Below are positions 50,580 to 63,086 of a stretch of DNA of 64,000 nucleotides, in pieces. Position numbers and translations under genes: made by a program. Source of the stretch: Sphaerodactylus townsendi (Eukaryota); NCBI RefSeq assembly GCF_021028975.2, contig NC_059429.1:28148001-28212000 (forward strand). The letters run 5' to 3'. Below the pieces are notes generated by a model. The model made no database searches and was not told where the DNA came from. It was given only the letters and a program-made list of their open reading frames with translations. How positions within the stretch are numbered: the stretch's first letter is position 1; each line of letters starts with the position of its first letter.

Positions 50580-51240
50580 TAAACAGATCCTCATGAATTC
50601 ATATGATTTTTGCATTGGAGTGAAATGAAACAACCATGAAACTATAGAACATGTCTTAGTCTACAGGCAGCACCAAAACAATCACATATCCCATGCTCTG
50701 TGGCATCGCAGGGGCACAAAAACCTGCTTGAAAAATATGGATCCTCATGATTTTTGCAGTAAGTAATCCCAAAATCACCAGCACATCACTATTCCAACCA
50801 TTAGCCACATGTCTGAACACAACAATCATACACCCCATGCTTCATGGTGCTGCAGTGGCACAGTAACCTGCTTGAAAAAACATGGATTTTGGTGGATCCT
50901 CATGATTTTTCCACTTGGTCACCCAAAAATCACCAGCACATCACAGCTCATACATATCCCTAGACATATATCTGAACACAATAATACTTCATCCCATGCT
51001 CCATGGCACCACAGTGGCACAAATATGTGGTTAAAATACACGGATCCTCATGGATCCTCCTAACTTTTGCACGAAGTCTCCGCAAAATCAGCATCAAATC
51101 ATAGCCCAAGACCCTGGCCACATGTCTGAACACAACAATCATGCATCCCGTGCTCCATGGTGCAAAAACCTGCTTGGAAAACATGGATCCTTGTGGATCT
51201 TCATAATTTTTGCACTAAGTCACCCCAAAATCACCACCTC
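50580..51240. repeat. Degenerate ~150-bp tandem array (about 4.5 units)
   Basis: GGATCCTCATGATTTTTGC-like motif at about 50585, 50739, 50893, 51042 and 51185. CAAAATCACCA, TCTGAACACAA and ACCTGCTTG recur with the same period. Confidence 0.8.
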
Positions 51241-51261
51241 TCAGAACAATGTCAGCTGAGC

Positions 51262-51440
51262 TAGGGGTGGGGGAAGGAAGATAAGTGTTGGGTAGGTATT
51301 GGAGAAGGTGGCAAGGGGTGGCTAGGGTGGGGGAGGGTGGCAAGGGGTGGGGGAGAGTTGCAAGGGGTAGCTAGGGGTGAGGGAAGGTGGCAAGGGATGG
51401 CTGTGGGTGGGGGAACTGGGAAGGGGTGGTGGGGGGAAGG
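51262..51440 (+). repeat. G-rich low-complexity tract (GGGTGGCAAG-like units)
   Basis: Many runs of three or more G separated by short loops. Confidence 0.8.
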
Positions 51441-52939
51441 CCTCTGCCAGGCCTCTGTGGGCCTGGGCCGTACCCCTACCCTCTGCACCCCACTTGCCTT
51501 TACAGCATGGCAGCAGTCTCAGGTAGCCTTGCAGGGTGGGGCCTCTTTCCCCCTTTGCCTGCCCCCCGCTGGACTGCTCCTTCAGCTGGCTGTGTGATTT
51601 TCTGCCCCCCCCACATGACTCAATGGGGCAATTGTCCCTGGATGTACACCACTGAAGTGGACCAGTGATCTGACATGGTATAAGGTATGTTTCATAATAT
51701 CATTTCTGCCCTCGAGCAGGTTATATATAAAGAGAAACAAGGCAAAGGGCTGATCAGCAAGTGTGAAAGTTAAAGCAGCGACATCATTACCATTGAAACT
51801 AATGTAGAAGGAAGCTTGGGTGTAATTCTTACAAACACAAGCCTTAATTTACAGCTGCAAATAGATCCGACTGCCCCAGTTGATGAATCTCTCCTCGCCA
51901 GCTGCAGTCTACAACCATGAAATAGGCTTAGAAGATGATCTGAACATTCACTGACAAATGGATGCGATTTGGAAACCTATTCAAGGTTGTGAGTCTTACA
52001 GACTAAAAAGGATTAATCACACTGTACAGCGAAAGGATGGAGGGAAAGGGAGATTGCTCAGCACCAGAACAACGCAGCTGTGAGCCTTACAACTCTTTTT
52101 TTTAAAAAAAGACTATCTGCAAAAAACCTCCAGAGGCAGTTTTACTTCAGTTGCCCCAGGCAAAATGAGTGTAAAATACATTTTTGTTTCCTGCTCACAG
52201 GAGGGGGGGAAAAAAGCTTCATATAATCCAATAATTGGTTCATCGGATTAGCCAGCCTTCTAGGTTGATGCTTTTTTTCTCCCTACAGCAATGCTACTGT
52301 CTCGGCATTCATCAATGTTTGTAGAGTGACATTCATTCTATAGACTGACCTTCGTGCACTATTTTCCAATGTTCTGGCTAGCCTTGGCATGTACAAACTG
52401 CTCCTAAGACTAAATTTCATTCTTCTTTGGTATACAAGAGTATATTTTATTATCTAAGATTTATAGTAACCTTCATTGATGACATATCCCTTTCATTATT
52501 GTTGTTTTTCTATTTCGAGGTGGAATGTGATGCCCGCCCCTAAACATAAGGCTGCAGATGAAAACAGTCTTGATTATTAAAAAAACTCTCATAATAAATA
52601 TAACAGAATGGTTTATAATGCAGGAAAATATCTCAAGTTCAGATTCATTCATCCATGAGTGGAGACGGAAGTTAATGATTGTGTCTTGTTACATCTCTTT
52701 GTTTTTTTATTTGCAGAAACTATTTTTAATTTGTTTCTAATCTGCATGTTGTTGTGATGGAATACGTCAGTACAGATTCAATAATTTTTTTGCTGTTGTT
52801 TGTTGAAGTTTGTAATAAAGAGAAAAGCTCTATGTCTAGTTGCTTGCCTTTCTCTGATACGTAGCAATAAAAGGAGTGGCATGGTGTCATCTTGCTGTGC
52901 ATTCCCCCACACTGCATAATTCCTTGGCATGCCATTGTG

Positions 52940-52940
<1 letters not shown>

Positions 52941-52978
<38 letters not shown>
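52941..52978. repeat. (TG)19 microsatellite
   Basis: Direct reading. Confidence 0.97.
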
Positions 52979-52979
<1 letters not shown>

Positions 52980-53525
52980 CAAAGAAGTACTCAATAAGAG
53001 AATGCCACGTTATCACTCATTGCATTACTATGCATTACAGGCAATAATTTTCAGTGGAAGCACTGTTTTCAGTGGAAGCACTGTGTTTTGGTAACATCTA
53101 GTTTTGCCTGTGCAGCCTTGCCTTTGTATTAGCTCAGCACTAAGTGCCACTGAATCCAACAGGGATTTTTAGCAAACAAACATGCACAGAATTGCAGCCT
53201 TGGCCTATATTTAATTCTATGCAGGTATAGTAAAACATATTTTATTTTCCAGGATTTATATTTGCAATTTAAAGTCTTTGTTCAGCCAAGACCTGTTCCC
53301 TCCTATCTCTCAAAGGTGCCTGAAAATACAGGAAGTTGACGTTTCAAAAATACAGCACCCCACTGTGGCCACTTGAGCAAAGAGTAGGTGGCACATTAAT
53401 TGGGAAATGGCAGGCTGAAATAATGAATTGAATCCTCATGGGTCTTAGGAAAAACTTCAGGGATTATTTAAATAGAAATGCAGATCACAATATCCTAACA
53501 CAAGGGGCATTAGAATAGTACAGTA

Positions 53526-53862
53526 ACAGCTTTCACAACCAACGTAAGAACATACGAATACGCCGCCCTGAAGCCGCTGCCGAGCGATCGGCAGGGTCTT
53601 CACGACGCCTCCCGGACACGGCACTTACCTCCCCTGGCCTGCGCCGAAGAGCAGGCGCGCAAGGCCAGGGTTAAGCGTGTCCCTAGGCCTCAAGCGACGC
53701 AAGCCGAAGTCTACAGGGACACGCCGGGTCGGCCGGGCGCTGGCGCTCCACGGTACCGGCGTCCCGCCTCTTCCCGGGATCGTCCGTGCGGATCGTCCTT
53801 AGTGTAGCCGGTCGGGCGCCGAATGCGCCGACCTAGCCGCTTCCGCCTCATATGAAACGGCC
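53526..53862. mobile_element. Very CpG-rich ~335-bp element, probably a Harbinger-type MITE related to 19436-19961
   Basis: Right end ATATGAAACGGCC (GGCCG-type TIR) with a degenerate left end. Shares GGCCAGGG / GTGTCCC and ACTTACCT motifs with the 19436 element. About 44 CpG by hand count. Confidence 0.6.
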
Positions 53863-54030
53863 AGAGTTCCTAGAGAACTGCTGTTAGTCAGAGGAGACCA
53901 TGCTGGGCTTTAAGGATCAAAGATCTGACACAGCAGAAAGAAGGTATGTATCTTAGAATACTCGACATGCACAAAAATAATAGAATCAAGCATTTTGTCA
54001 TGTTCTTCATCATACTGTGACCATAGCTTT

Positions 54031-54171
54031 GGCTCATTCCGCACATGCAGAATAATGCACTTTCAAACTGTTTTCAGTGCTCTTTGAAGCTGTGCGGAAT
54101 AGCAAAATCCACTTGTAAACAGTTGTGAAAGTGGTTTGAAAACGCATTATTTTGCGTGTGTGGAAGGGGCC
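54031..54171. mobile_element. 141-bp palindromic MITE (inverted copy of 10760-10900)
   Basis: About 9 mismatches to the reverse complement of 10760-10900; flanks TTT / TTA. Confidence 0.88.
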
Positions 54172-57100
54172 TTAGTTAATATTCCTGGATAGGGCAATGA
54201 TAGTGTATTTGATGTTAACAAGCTTAAGTAGAGACACAGTAAGAGAAGAACACATGAAACTGGGCCTTGCTGTGGTGATACTCTGGGATTCTAACAGTCC
54301 AGTCCAATACTAAACTGAGTTACACCCTTCTATGTTTATTTAAATCAGTAAACTTAGAAGGGTGTAACTGTTTTAGGGTGGCACCATAAATGATTTTTAA
54401 AAGTGAGTGTTTAATTGTAACAGTACAGCAAAAAAAAGCAGAGGGAAATCATCCAGAATCAATGTGAGGGCAAAGCCAGATCTAGCAAATTCATGTTTCA
54501 GCCCAGATCTGACACAATTTAGAAAGCAGAGGGTGCAGTTTTAAGATCTAGTGGCAGTACCTGTCCAAAGGGCTGGGACAGGAGTCTGTTCCAGCCCTGT
54601 GCTCCACCTGAAATGTCTGTGTGTAAAGTGTCGTCAAGTTGCAGCCAACAAATGGTGACCCCAAGCAAAAGGCTCTAGGTATTATCTTCAAAGCATGAAA
54701 ACTTCAAAGTGGGTGGGGGATGTTTGGCTGTGCAGCCTTGCACATCACACTGTGGGTCCTCAGTAAAGTTCTCTAATGAGATATAAGTGAATACTAAAAT
54801 ATATTTTAAAGCATATATTCTGAGCCAACCCCCACTTCCACATCCATCATAAAAAAAGAGAAAGTATTATATTGCAGAACCTTGCTGAAAACTTGGGTGA
54901 TTTCCGCCCCGATGGTCAATGCATGACAGAAATACATGCCCATGAAATCACAAACAACAAAAACACCTCCCCTTCTTTGGTATTCCCAAGTTTAAAGTCA
55001 CTAGGGAAATCTGAACTATTCTCAACGATACTCCTGAATTTTAATCCATAAAGTTTCATTAAATTTAAGAGGAGGTTATCAGACCAAATCCCAATGAATG
55101 ACCAGAGAACAGAACATAATTGGAACAAAATGGGTGTGTGGACTTTGTTCAACACTTGCCAGAACAGAATTTACATGTGTACAGATTATACACACGTTGC
55201 TCACTCTGTATGATCAGAAAGGCTGAATTTCATAGGATTTTTAACTGACTATACATACTGAACCTATGGACATATAACATTCATGTACATATGATGACCC
55301 ACAAACAGACAAATGGGTATCAGAGAAAGACCTAATGTTTCCTGCTCCCTACTTTTGATGCATGAAAAGGGCTGGGGTAATTTTAATGTCTCAAAATTTT
55401 GGGGAGGAAATCAATACATTATCTGCAATACATTTACAAGAGACTTCAATACAAATGTATCAAACATGTAGAAAAGAAATCACACCAAAACACTTTAATG
55501 CCAGAGCACCTTGGAAAGACATGAAAATAGTATCAAAGGTAGGGTGAAGTTACTTTTGAAGAGTGAGACTAAAATACTCATTGAAAGGAAACTTTAACAG
55601 AATCTTATGACAGTGTAATTACACACAGATCACAGGTATGATTATGTAAACATATGGGACTGACAAGTCTGAGGGCAAACTCTGCACATATGTGAAGGAG
55701 TTGCACAGATCATTCTGTACTGGAAGAATATCACTGAAAAATTTGAGTATGCTATTGATTACAATTGTCATTCATGTTTTTTCTGTGTGATTGGAAATGT
55801 AGCATCATTATGAAACACAGCCAAATTCCTGCCATGCTGGATATCAAAGACAGGCAAACCAGATGCCCTGCCATAGAAGATGTCTCCCCCCCCACCACAC
55901 CCCAGCAATGCTGCCTTCTGCTGCCCCCTGTAGCACCAGGAAAAATGGGGTGGGGGAGTGCAAATGCCACTTCTGGTCATGTAACTAGTAGAGATGTCAT
56001 GCATATCCACAATACACTAACAGTCCCCCAAATCTTTGTGGTTTTACCATAGAATTTGGGGGTAGATTGCAAGCTTTTAAACAGCATACGATGTCACTTC
56101 TGGTCACAGAAACGAAAATGTTGTTGTGGTGTCAAACAATGCCTCGTCCCACTCCAAAAAGCTAATCTATGATCAGACATCCTAATGTGATTTTTGAGCA
56201 TACAGGGCAGCTATGGAGAGTCCTAATTAGATTAAAATAACAGAACATGGCAGAGGAAAGTATAACAATTTCTCTCAAATATTTTTAGTTGTGTTCCTCC
56301 CACACCACTGGCACAATTGCTGGTGACTAAGAAAGAAGATAAGCAAAGATAAATGCCTATCCTTTTCCCCTGCAGAGTTGAATGGCAGCTGTGGATGGCA
56401 AGAGGAGCAGGAAAATGGCAATGATGAGAAAGAGTCTGGGAGGAGGGGCAACTTGTCCAGTTGCACAGTCCTGATCTGAGTCGCCACCCTGGCCTGTGAG
56501 CAAAATAAAAACTATCAGGAAAACCTCCAACATAATGCATGTTGGGGCACAGTGCATATGCTTCTGTATTTAAGATGAGTCTGTTATGCCACATTGTATT
56601 TTACGACTGTAAAGTGATCACATGCTGAGATGACCTTTAAGTTAGGGTATCTGGCTACCTTTATGGCAGTGAAAACTAGCTGCTTGATAAGAATCCAGGA
56701 TTATGTAGCTGGTGTCACTAATTTTGCATGACTTGTTGCCAGGTTTCCCAAATAAACAGATTATTCAAGTTATGACAATATATATATTTTAAGTTGTGCG
56801 ACTCAACAAGATGGGTTGAGTGATTTGAGTTACAAGATTGAGTGAGTGGTTACAATTTGCTTTGTCTTCATCTGATTATCAGAAATGGTTTTTGGAATAA
56901 ATTGACTGTGTATTTGTAACATCTAAAACAGGGACCACCCAGGATCACAGTTTCCCTCTGCAGATTATTTGCAGAGTTTACTGCACATCTGCCCAGTGGG
57001 GCAATAACTAACTAACTGTGCTCTCATTGCACCAATATGGTTTATAGAGCTGTTGAGCGACCCAGCTCCCTGGAGTTGCTATCTATCTGAATTCCCATAC

Positions 57101-59246
57101 TAATCAGCAACAAGGTAATTAAAATATGATCCCTATTCTGCATCCAACTCCTTGGAGATGGGTGGTGAGCATCCTGAGAGCAGTCTTTCACCCTCATTTC
57201 CCAGTTTAGTGGCTCTGGAATGCAGTGACAGGTTCCTGTTTTAACCTCCTCCACAATTCATCCATATTTGAATGCATAGCACAAGCAGCAACCAGAGACA
57301 TGCGGGGGGAGGGAGGGGGAATTTTTTTTTTCCACAGAGGATTCCTCCTCCTTTCCCTCTGTCAAGAGAGAATCCATTTTGAAAGCTAAAAGCCTAGAAA
57401 AATATTTTGTTTTCTCTCACGAGTTACCAGCATTCAAATCTGCGGGTACTGTTTAATTAAGTGAATGTTCATCTGTTCAAGGTTACTGTGTGCTTTGTGA
57501 GAATGATGGTGTCATCCTCACTAATTGGGTTCAGCTGAAACTGGTTGTTTCAAGAACGCTGGAGAAAGTTTTGTTTTGCATGGGAGGGAAAACTTGCTCA
57601 CAGTCAATGAGACCCAGGAAGTTCTGATTAAAGTGTGCCCTCATTGGTCAATCATTCATTTATTTATTTTTATTTATTTATTTCTTCAATTTTTTTATAC
57701 CGCCCGATCCCCGAGGGGCTACAGTGGTCAGCCAAAAACATAAATTAGTACCTATGGTTTTGCCCAGTATTATTTTGCTTACTTTCCTTCTACTTTCCTT
57801 ATGCTCCACTCTGCACACAAAGCTAATGAAACTCTTGAAACCTCTAGTAGCTTCTGCTTGTAAGGGTTCACTGTGATATGTAGAAGCTAGTATTGTTATT
57901 TTTTTGTGTGACTGTATGTGTCGGAAGTGAAGGGTTTTACACTTTTTTGCCACAGGGACAGAGGAGGACTTACCAGTGAGTCAGATAGCTAGAGGGGGTC
58001 AAGATTATAGACACCTTTCTCTACCACTCTGACACTATCACTTTGATGTGTAGATTTTTACTCTGAGGCAGGGGCGTATCTGCCAGAGGAACATGGGGGG
58101 AGCAATTGACATTGGGCACCACCCGTAACATCACAGGGAGGGTGCAAAATTGCCCCCACATGTCTTTGTGGTTTATTAATTCATGCTGGATAATATTAAA
58201 ACAAAGCATAACAACCCTTGCTGGGTTCTTATTAGGCTAGATGTTAACATTGGACTAGTATGATCTATGGCTTAAAGATATACTTCTCTGCTTTTCTTTT
58301 TTCTACAAAAAGACTGTTGGTTAATGTTATATGGTTTGAAATATTGTTATATTTTAATATTACTGTAATAAAAATTCTTATCTATGTGAAGCCACAGTTT
58401 CCACAGGATAAACCAACTGGAAACACCACTAACTGTATTATCTCACAGTGACATAAAAAATATTACTGAACTCCTCTTTAGATCACCCAAGGGAGGCATA
58501 TTTTCGGGGCTTGTGAACAGAGACTTGGGAACATTTCAAAAAAGGCCACGTGTAGTATTTCCCTTTATGGCCAAAAAGGTATAGTCTCACCAGCCAACAG
58601 GTTGCAAACACACATACAAGTCTCACCACAAAGTCATTCATTTCCTGAATTTGTTTCCCTGCATGCTGGATACAAATGTTTGGCAGCTCTATTAAGGAAT
58701 CTAGAAGGACACATTTTTCTTACACCATGTAGCCACAACAGAAATTCAAAGAAAATGTAGATGTAATTAAAGGGAAAGAAAAGCAGTTCTGTTGGAAAAC
58801 TCAAAGATACGATTTTTGTACCGGAGCATAATACATCATATAAACAAAATATCAGAATAGAATCTTATTACAAAGGTCAGCCTATAGATGGAAATGAGCA
58901 TGTTTTCCAGCTGTGCATTTATTTCAAGACAAACTACATGTTACATGAATTTCTATGTGGGGAGATGGGAGGCACAGAAAATTGGCCACTGAGATCAATT
59001 GCTACCATATCTTATTGAGAGAGTCCATGACTATACATATCACTGAAATGTATTGAATGGTTATTTAGCAGGTAGTAAAGTGAGGGAAGTGAGGGGAAAA
59101 AAGGAAAGGTTCATTCCAATGTGTCATGCCAATCTAACAGCACAGATCAAATCTGGTGAAAAGATTAGCAGAAGGAAATGTCTTGAGAACTCCTAGCTCT
59201 GGTCTCCTGGTGTCAGCTGTTCCTTTTATCCACTTTAATCCACTTA

Positions 59247-59541
59247 TGAGAGCAGGTGGATTCCAATCTGGAGAACCAGGTTTGATTCCCCACTCCTCCA
59301 CCTGAGTGGCAGAGGCTTATCTGGAGAACCAGATGTGTTTCCGCACTCCTACATTCCTACACTCCTTGGGCTAGTAGTCACAGTTCTTCAAAACCCTCTC
59401 AGCCCCACCTACATCACAAGGTGTCTGTTGTGGGGAGAGAAAGGGAAAGGAGCTTGTAAGCCACCTTGAGTCTCCTTATAGGAGAGAAAGGTGAGATATA
59501 AATCCAAACTCCTCCTCCTCCTCCTCCTCCTCCTCCTCCTC
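59247..59541 (+). mobile_element. tRNA-derived SINE (Squam3-like) with a (CTC)n tail
   Basis: AATCTGGAGAACCAGGTTTGATTCCCCACTCC head with an internal duplication; CTTGTAAGCCACCTTGAGTCTCC...TATAAATCCAAA then (CTC)n. Confidence 0.85.
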
Positions 59542-61562
59542 CCAGGGCCATCTCAGATCAGGAGAGCAGAGGGCAGGGGAATGCTGATCCCCCTTCCCCA
59601 TGCATACAATGACCCTGATTAGAATGAAGAATTGATTCTTCATGCACCTGGAAAGCATGGAACTCCCAGTGGTGTGACTAAAAAAAATCATGGTGGCAGC
59701 CTCAAGAAGTTTCTATCATGTGAATTAGTTTTAAGGATGTGAAGGAAAAAGCCACCTCATGGTGATTCCTGTACTTTAAAAAAAGTCATTTCAAGTGAAG
59801 AGGGCAAGTCATGGGGGAAAGATTGCCCCAATATGCCTTCCCTCCTCAAATGAGGACATGAAACAACAGAAAATGGGTTCCTCCTTTTAATGCTGTGCAG
59901 TAGTAGTATGGTAGCCATACCATCAGAAAGGAGATGCAATTCTATTCCAGGCAACAACCAAATAAAAATAGACAGCTCCTGATGTGGCAGATTCTTGCAC
60001 AGCACCTGACAAGAATGCTTTTATTAGCATTTTGCAAAAAAGAAAAAAAACTGTTAAGTTTTATATAATTGAACTGAATGTTGGCAAGCAGGAAAGAGGG
60101 AGGCTTCTTTAGGGAGGGGAAGGGCTTCTCTTCAGTGAGATTTTGATCTACCTGCTATTTTCCGAAGGAGAAAAAAAATTATGATGGGGCTTAATGCACT
60201 GTTATCTAAAATGACAACAGAAAGCTATATCTGGAAAGGACCTTTACAGAACTGATGCTGCAGTGGGATGCTATGGAAGTCACTGAGATGTGAAACTGAA
60301 CAAGGTGACTGCTATTTTCTTAATATACAGCTGATGTTTCACACACAGAAACAAATTAAAGAATTTTTCATATGAATAAAAGGTGTTTGACAAGATTGTC
60401 TGGTGGGAAGGATGCAAAATCACAGGAATTATCTTTAATACAATCACCCACCAAGGGAGAAAGCAGTTTTGTTCAATTGTCACTTTTTGTTGGTGCCTGC
60501 GTGGGTATTTCTGAACATTAATTATCTTTCCTGCTGCATAATTCCTATTCTTTCTCTTCACTGAATTGTTTTGCCCTCCCAGCCTATTACAGAATGGATT
60601 GTGTATCTCTCCCCCCAACCCCATCTGCCCCATTCATTCCAAATTCCATGCACGATGGCACTGCTTTTCAAAACAGCATGTGAGAATTTAGGTATGCTGT
60701 TTCCATTAATGCTAATGGGATCCGTGTGGCTAAAGGTATCTGTGCTTTCTTTAATATTTTTGTCTACCTGTGGTCTTAGTCACAGGAGGAAACATGCATT
60801 CCACAGTCATCTGAAAGGCTTGTTAGCTGGAAAGTCTTACAACCAGCTGCCACTGACTTTTTATGTTGGACAACTTCAACTATAATAGTTTCCTAGATAC
60901 ATTCAGCATGAAACCTGAATAATCATAGCAAAGAAGATTCTATCAAAAATCAGAAAAAAGAGGATTGTTGGATCAGTCCAAGACAAGACATTGTTGGATC
61001 AGTCCAAGTCTTCCAAGATGGAAAGTCTAGGGTCCATTATGCATGGAACACTTACCTCGGGGCTCTTTGTTGCACAGTGGGGTTATAGTGGGAGTTTACA
61101 TGCAAGGAGGCACCCCACTGCCTGCTGTGTGGCTTGTCTACGGAACTCTCAGAGTCTCTGCTTTTCTGGGTTCTCTTAACTCTGCCCATCACCTCACTCT
61201 TAAAGGCACAGATCTCATCACATCTAGTCATCGCAAGATTGCTGGCTTTCTTAAAGCCCTTTAAATTGATGTTATATTGATATCGTGGTTGCAGTTATAT
61301 TGATATTGTAGCCCCTTTCCAAAAAATAATCCTCCCCAATGAAAGAGGCAAAGCAGTTTCCTGAACCTCAGCCAGTTGAAGAATAAGACAGTGTTCTAGA
61401 ACTGATATTCACTCCCCCCCTCCACACACATATACCTTCTCCCATTGCTGCTGCCACCATGAGATAAGAGAGAGGCTTGTCATTTCAATATTCCTTGGTA
61501 TTTCAACATTCTGGTATTAGATCTATCATTACTTAAATAGTTCTAATATAGTTCAAATGCTT

Positions 61563-62416
61563 GAACATAAGAACATAAGAAATAGCCTGCTGGATTAGAC
61601 CAGAGTCCATCTAGTCCAACACTGCTACTTGCAGTGGTCCACCAGATACCTTTGGGAGCTCACATGCAGGATGCGAAAGCAATGGCCTTCTGCTGCTGCT
61701 GCTCCCAAGCACCTGGTCTGCTGAGGCATTTGCAATTTCAGATCAAGGCAAATCAAGATTGGTAGCCATGCTTCAACTTCTCCTCCATAAATCTGTCCAA
61801 GTCCCTTTTAAAGTTATCCAGGTTAGTAGCCATCATCACCTCTTGTGGCAGCATATTCCAAACACCAATCACATGTTGCATGAAGAAATGTTTCCTTTTA
61901 TTAGTCCTAATTCTTCCCCCCAGCATTTTCAATGTATGCCCCCTGGTTCTAGTATTGTGAGAAAGAGAGAGTAATTTCTCTCTGTCAACATTTTCTATCC
62001 CATGCATAATTTTATAGACTTCAATCATATCCCCCCCTCAGACGTCTTCTCTCCAGACTAAAGAGTCCTAAATGCTGCAGTTTCTCCTCATAAGAAAGGT
62101 GCTCCAATTCCTCAATCATCCTCGTTGCCCTTCTCTGCACTTTTTCTATCTCTTCGATATCCTTTTTGAGATGTGGTGACCAGAACTGAACACAGTACTC
62201 CAAGTGCGGTCACACCACTGCTTTATATAAGGGCATGACAATCCTTGCAGTTTTATTATCAATTCCTTTCCTAATTATCCCCAGCACAGTTTGCCTTTTT
62301 CACAGCTGTCAATCATTGAGTTGGCATTCCCATGGAACTATCAACTAAGATGCTCAAATTTCTTTCCTGATCTGTGACTAATAGTACTGACCCCTGTAGC
62401 GTGTATGTGAAGTTTG
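61563..62416 (-). mobile_element. 5'-truncated CR1 LINE (ORF2 C-terminus and 3' UTR)
   Basis: [29 protein letters not shown]...[13 protein letters not shown]; [10 protein letters not shown]...RTRGH.LK...WNMLP; 3' terminal repeat read as GAACATAAGAACATAAG on the + strand. Confidence 0.93.
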
Positions 62417-62423
62417 GTGAGTA

Positions 62424-62973
62424 TGTAACCCCCATGCCCAGAATGGGTTGGCCCAGAATGGGTTGACCCAGTAAGGGGGTGGAGACTCGGAGCAGCAGAG
62501 AGGCTGAAAGAGCTCTTTGCAGAAGACAAGGGTACCAGACTCGGACCTTTATTTCTATAAGCCCTTAACACCTTGTTAAGGTAATTGCAATATTATTGGG
62601 AACTACTGGGAAGGTAGTTGTTTTTGCTATGTTGTAAATGTTGAAGTTTATTGTTTCAGGGTTTTCTTTTGTGGTTGTAATGGGTGAGAGTTCTCCTGGA
62701 GACCTTCATCATGTTGCAACCTGTTCATCAAGCCCTTGGAGTCTTCAGGAGCCAGCCAACTTGCAAAGAAGAATTTGGACTTGGCAATATCAGTAGACTG
62801 TAAATAGAAGGACTTGAAATGCAACCTGAACAGGACCTTGAATTGTAACGTTAAATGTTGATGTTTTAAAAGTGTTAATTGTAAAGAAAAGTAAACCATT
62901 TTGTTTTTTTAAATTTGGTTCTTTGCAACTCATTCCAGGTTCTGCCCGACAGAACCCACAGAAGGAGGTTACA
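62424..62973 (+). mobile_element. Solo LTR, 550 bp (Gypsy- or ERV1-type)
   Basis: Begins TGTAAC, ends GTTACA; 4-bp TSD AGTA (62420-62423, 62974-62977). TATAA at about 62556 and AGTAAA at about 62890 suggest + orientation. Confidence 0.85.
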
Positions 62974-63086
62974 AGTACACTAGAGTACACATGAACAGCT
63001 TATTTTCAAGATTGCCTTCCCCCCAAAGTGGCAGTTAGAGCTTAGTGGAGGATAGGGTAAGATATCATTTCAAAATCAGTTTAGAT

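Noticed and set aside
50580-51240. Regularly spaced repeats resembling a CRISPR array
   Set aside because: Eukaryotic intron; whole units are homologous and degenerate, with no constant repeat plus unique spacers and no cas genes.
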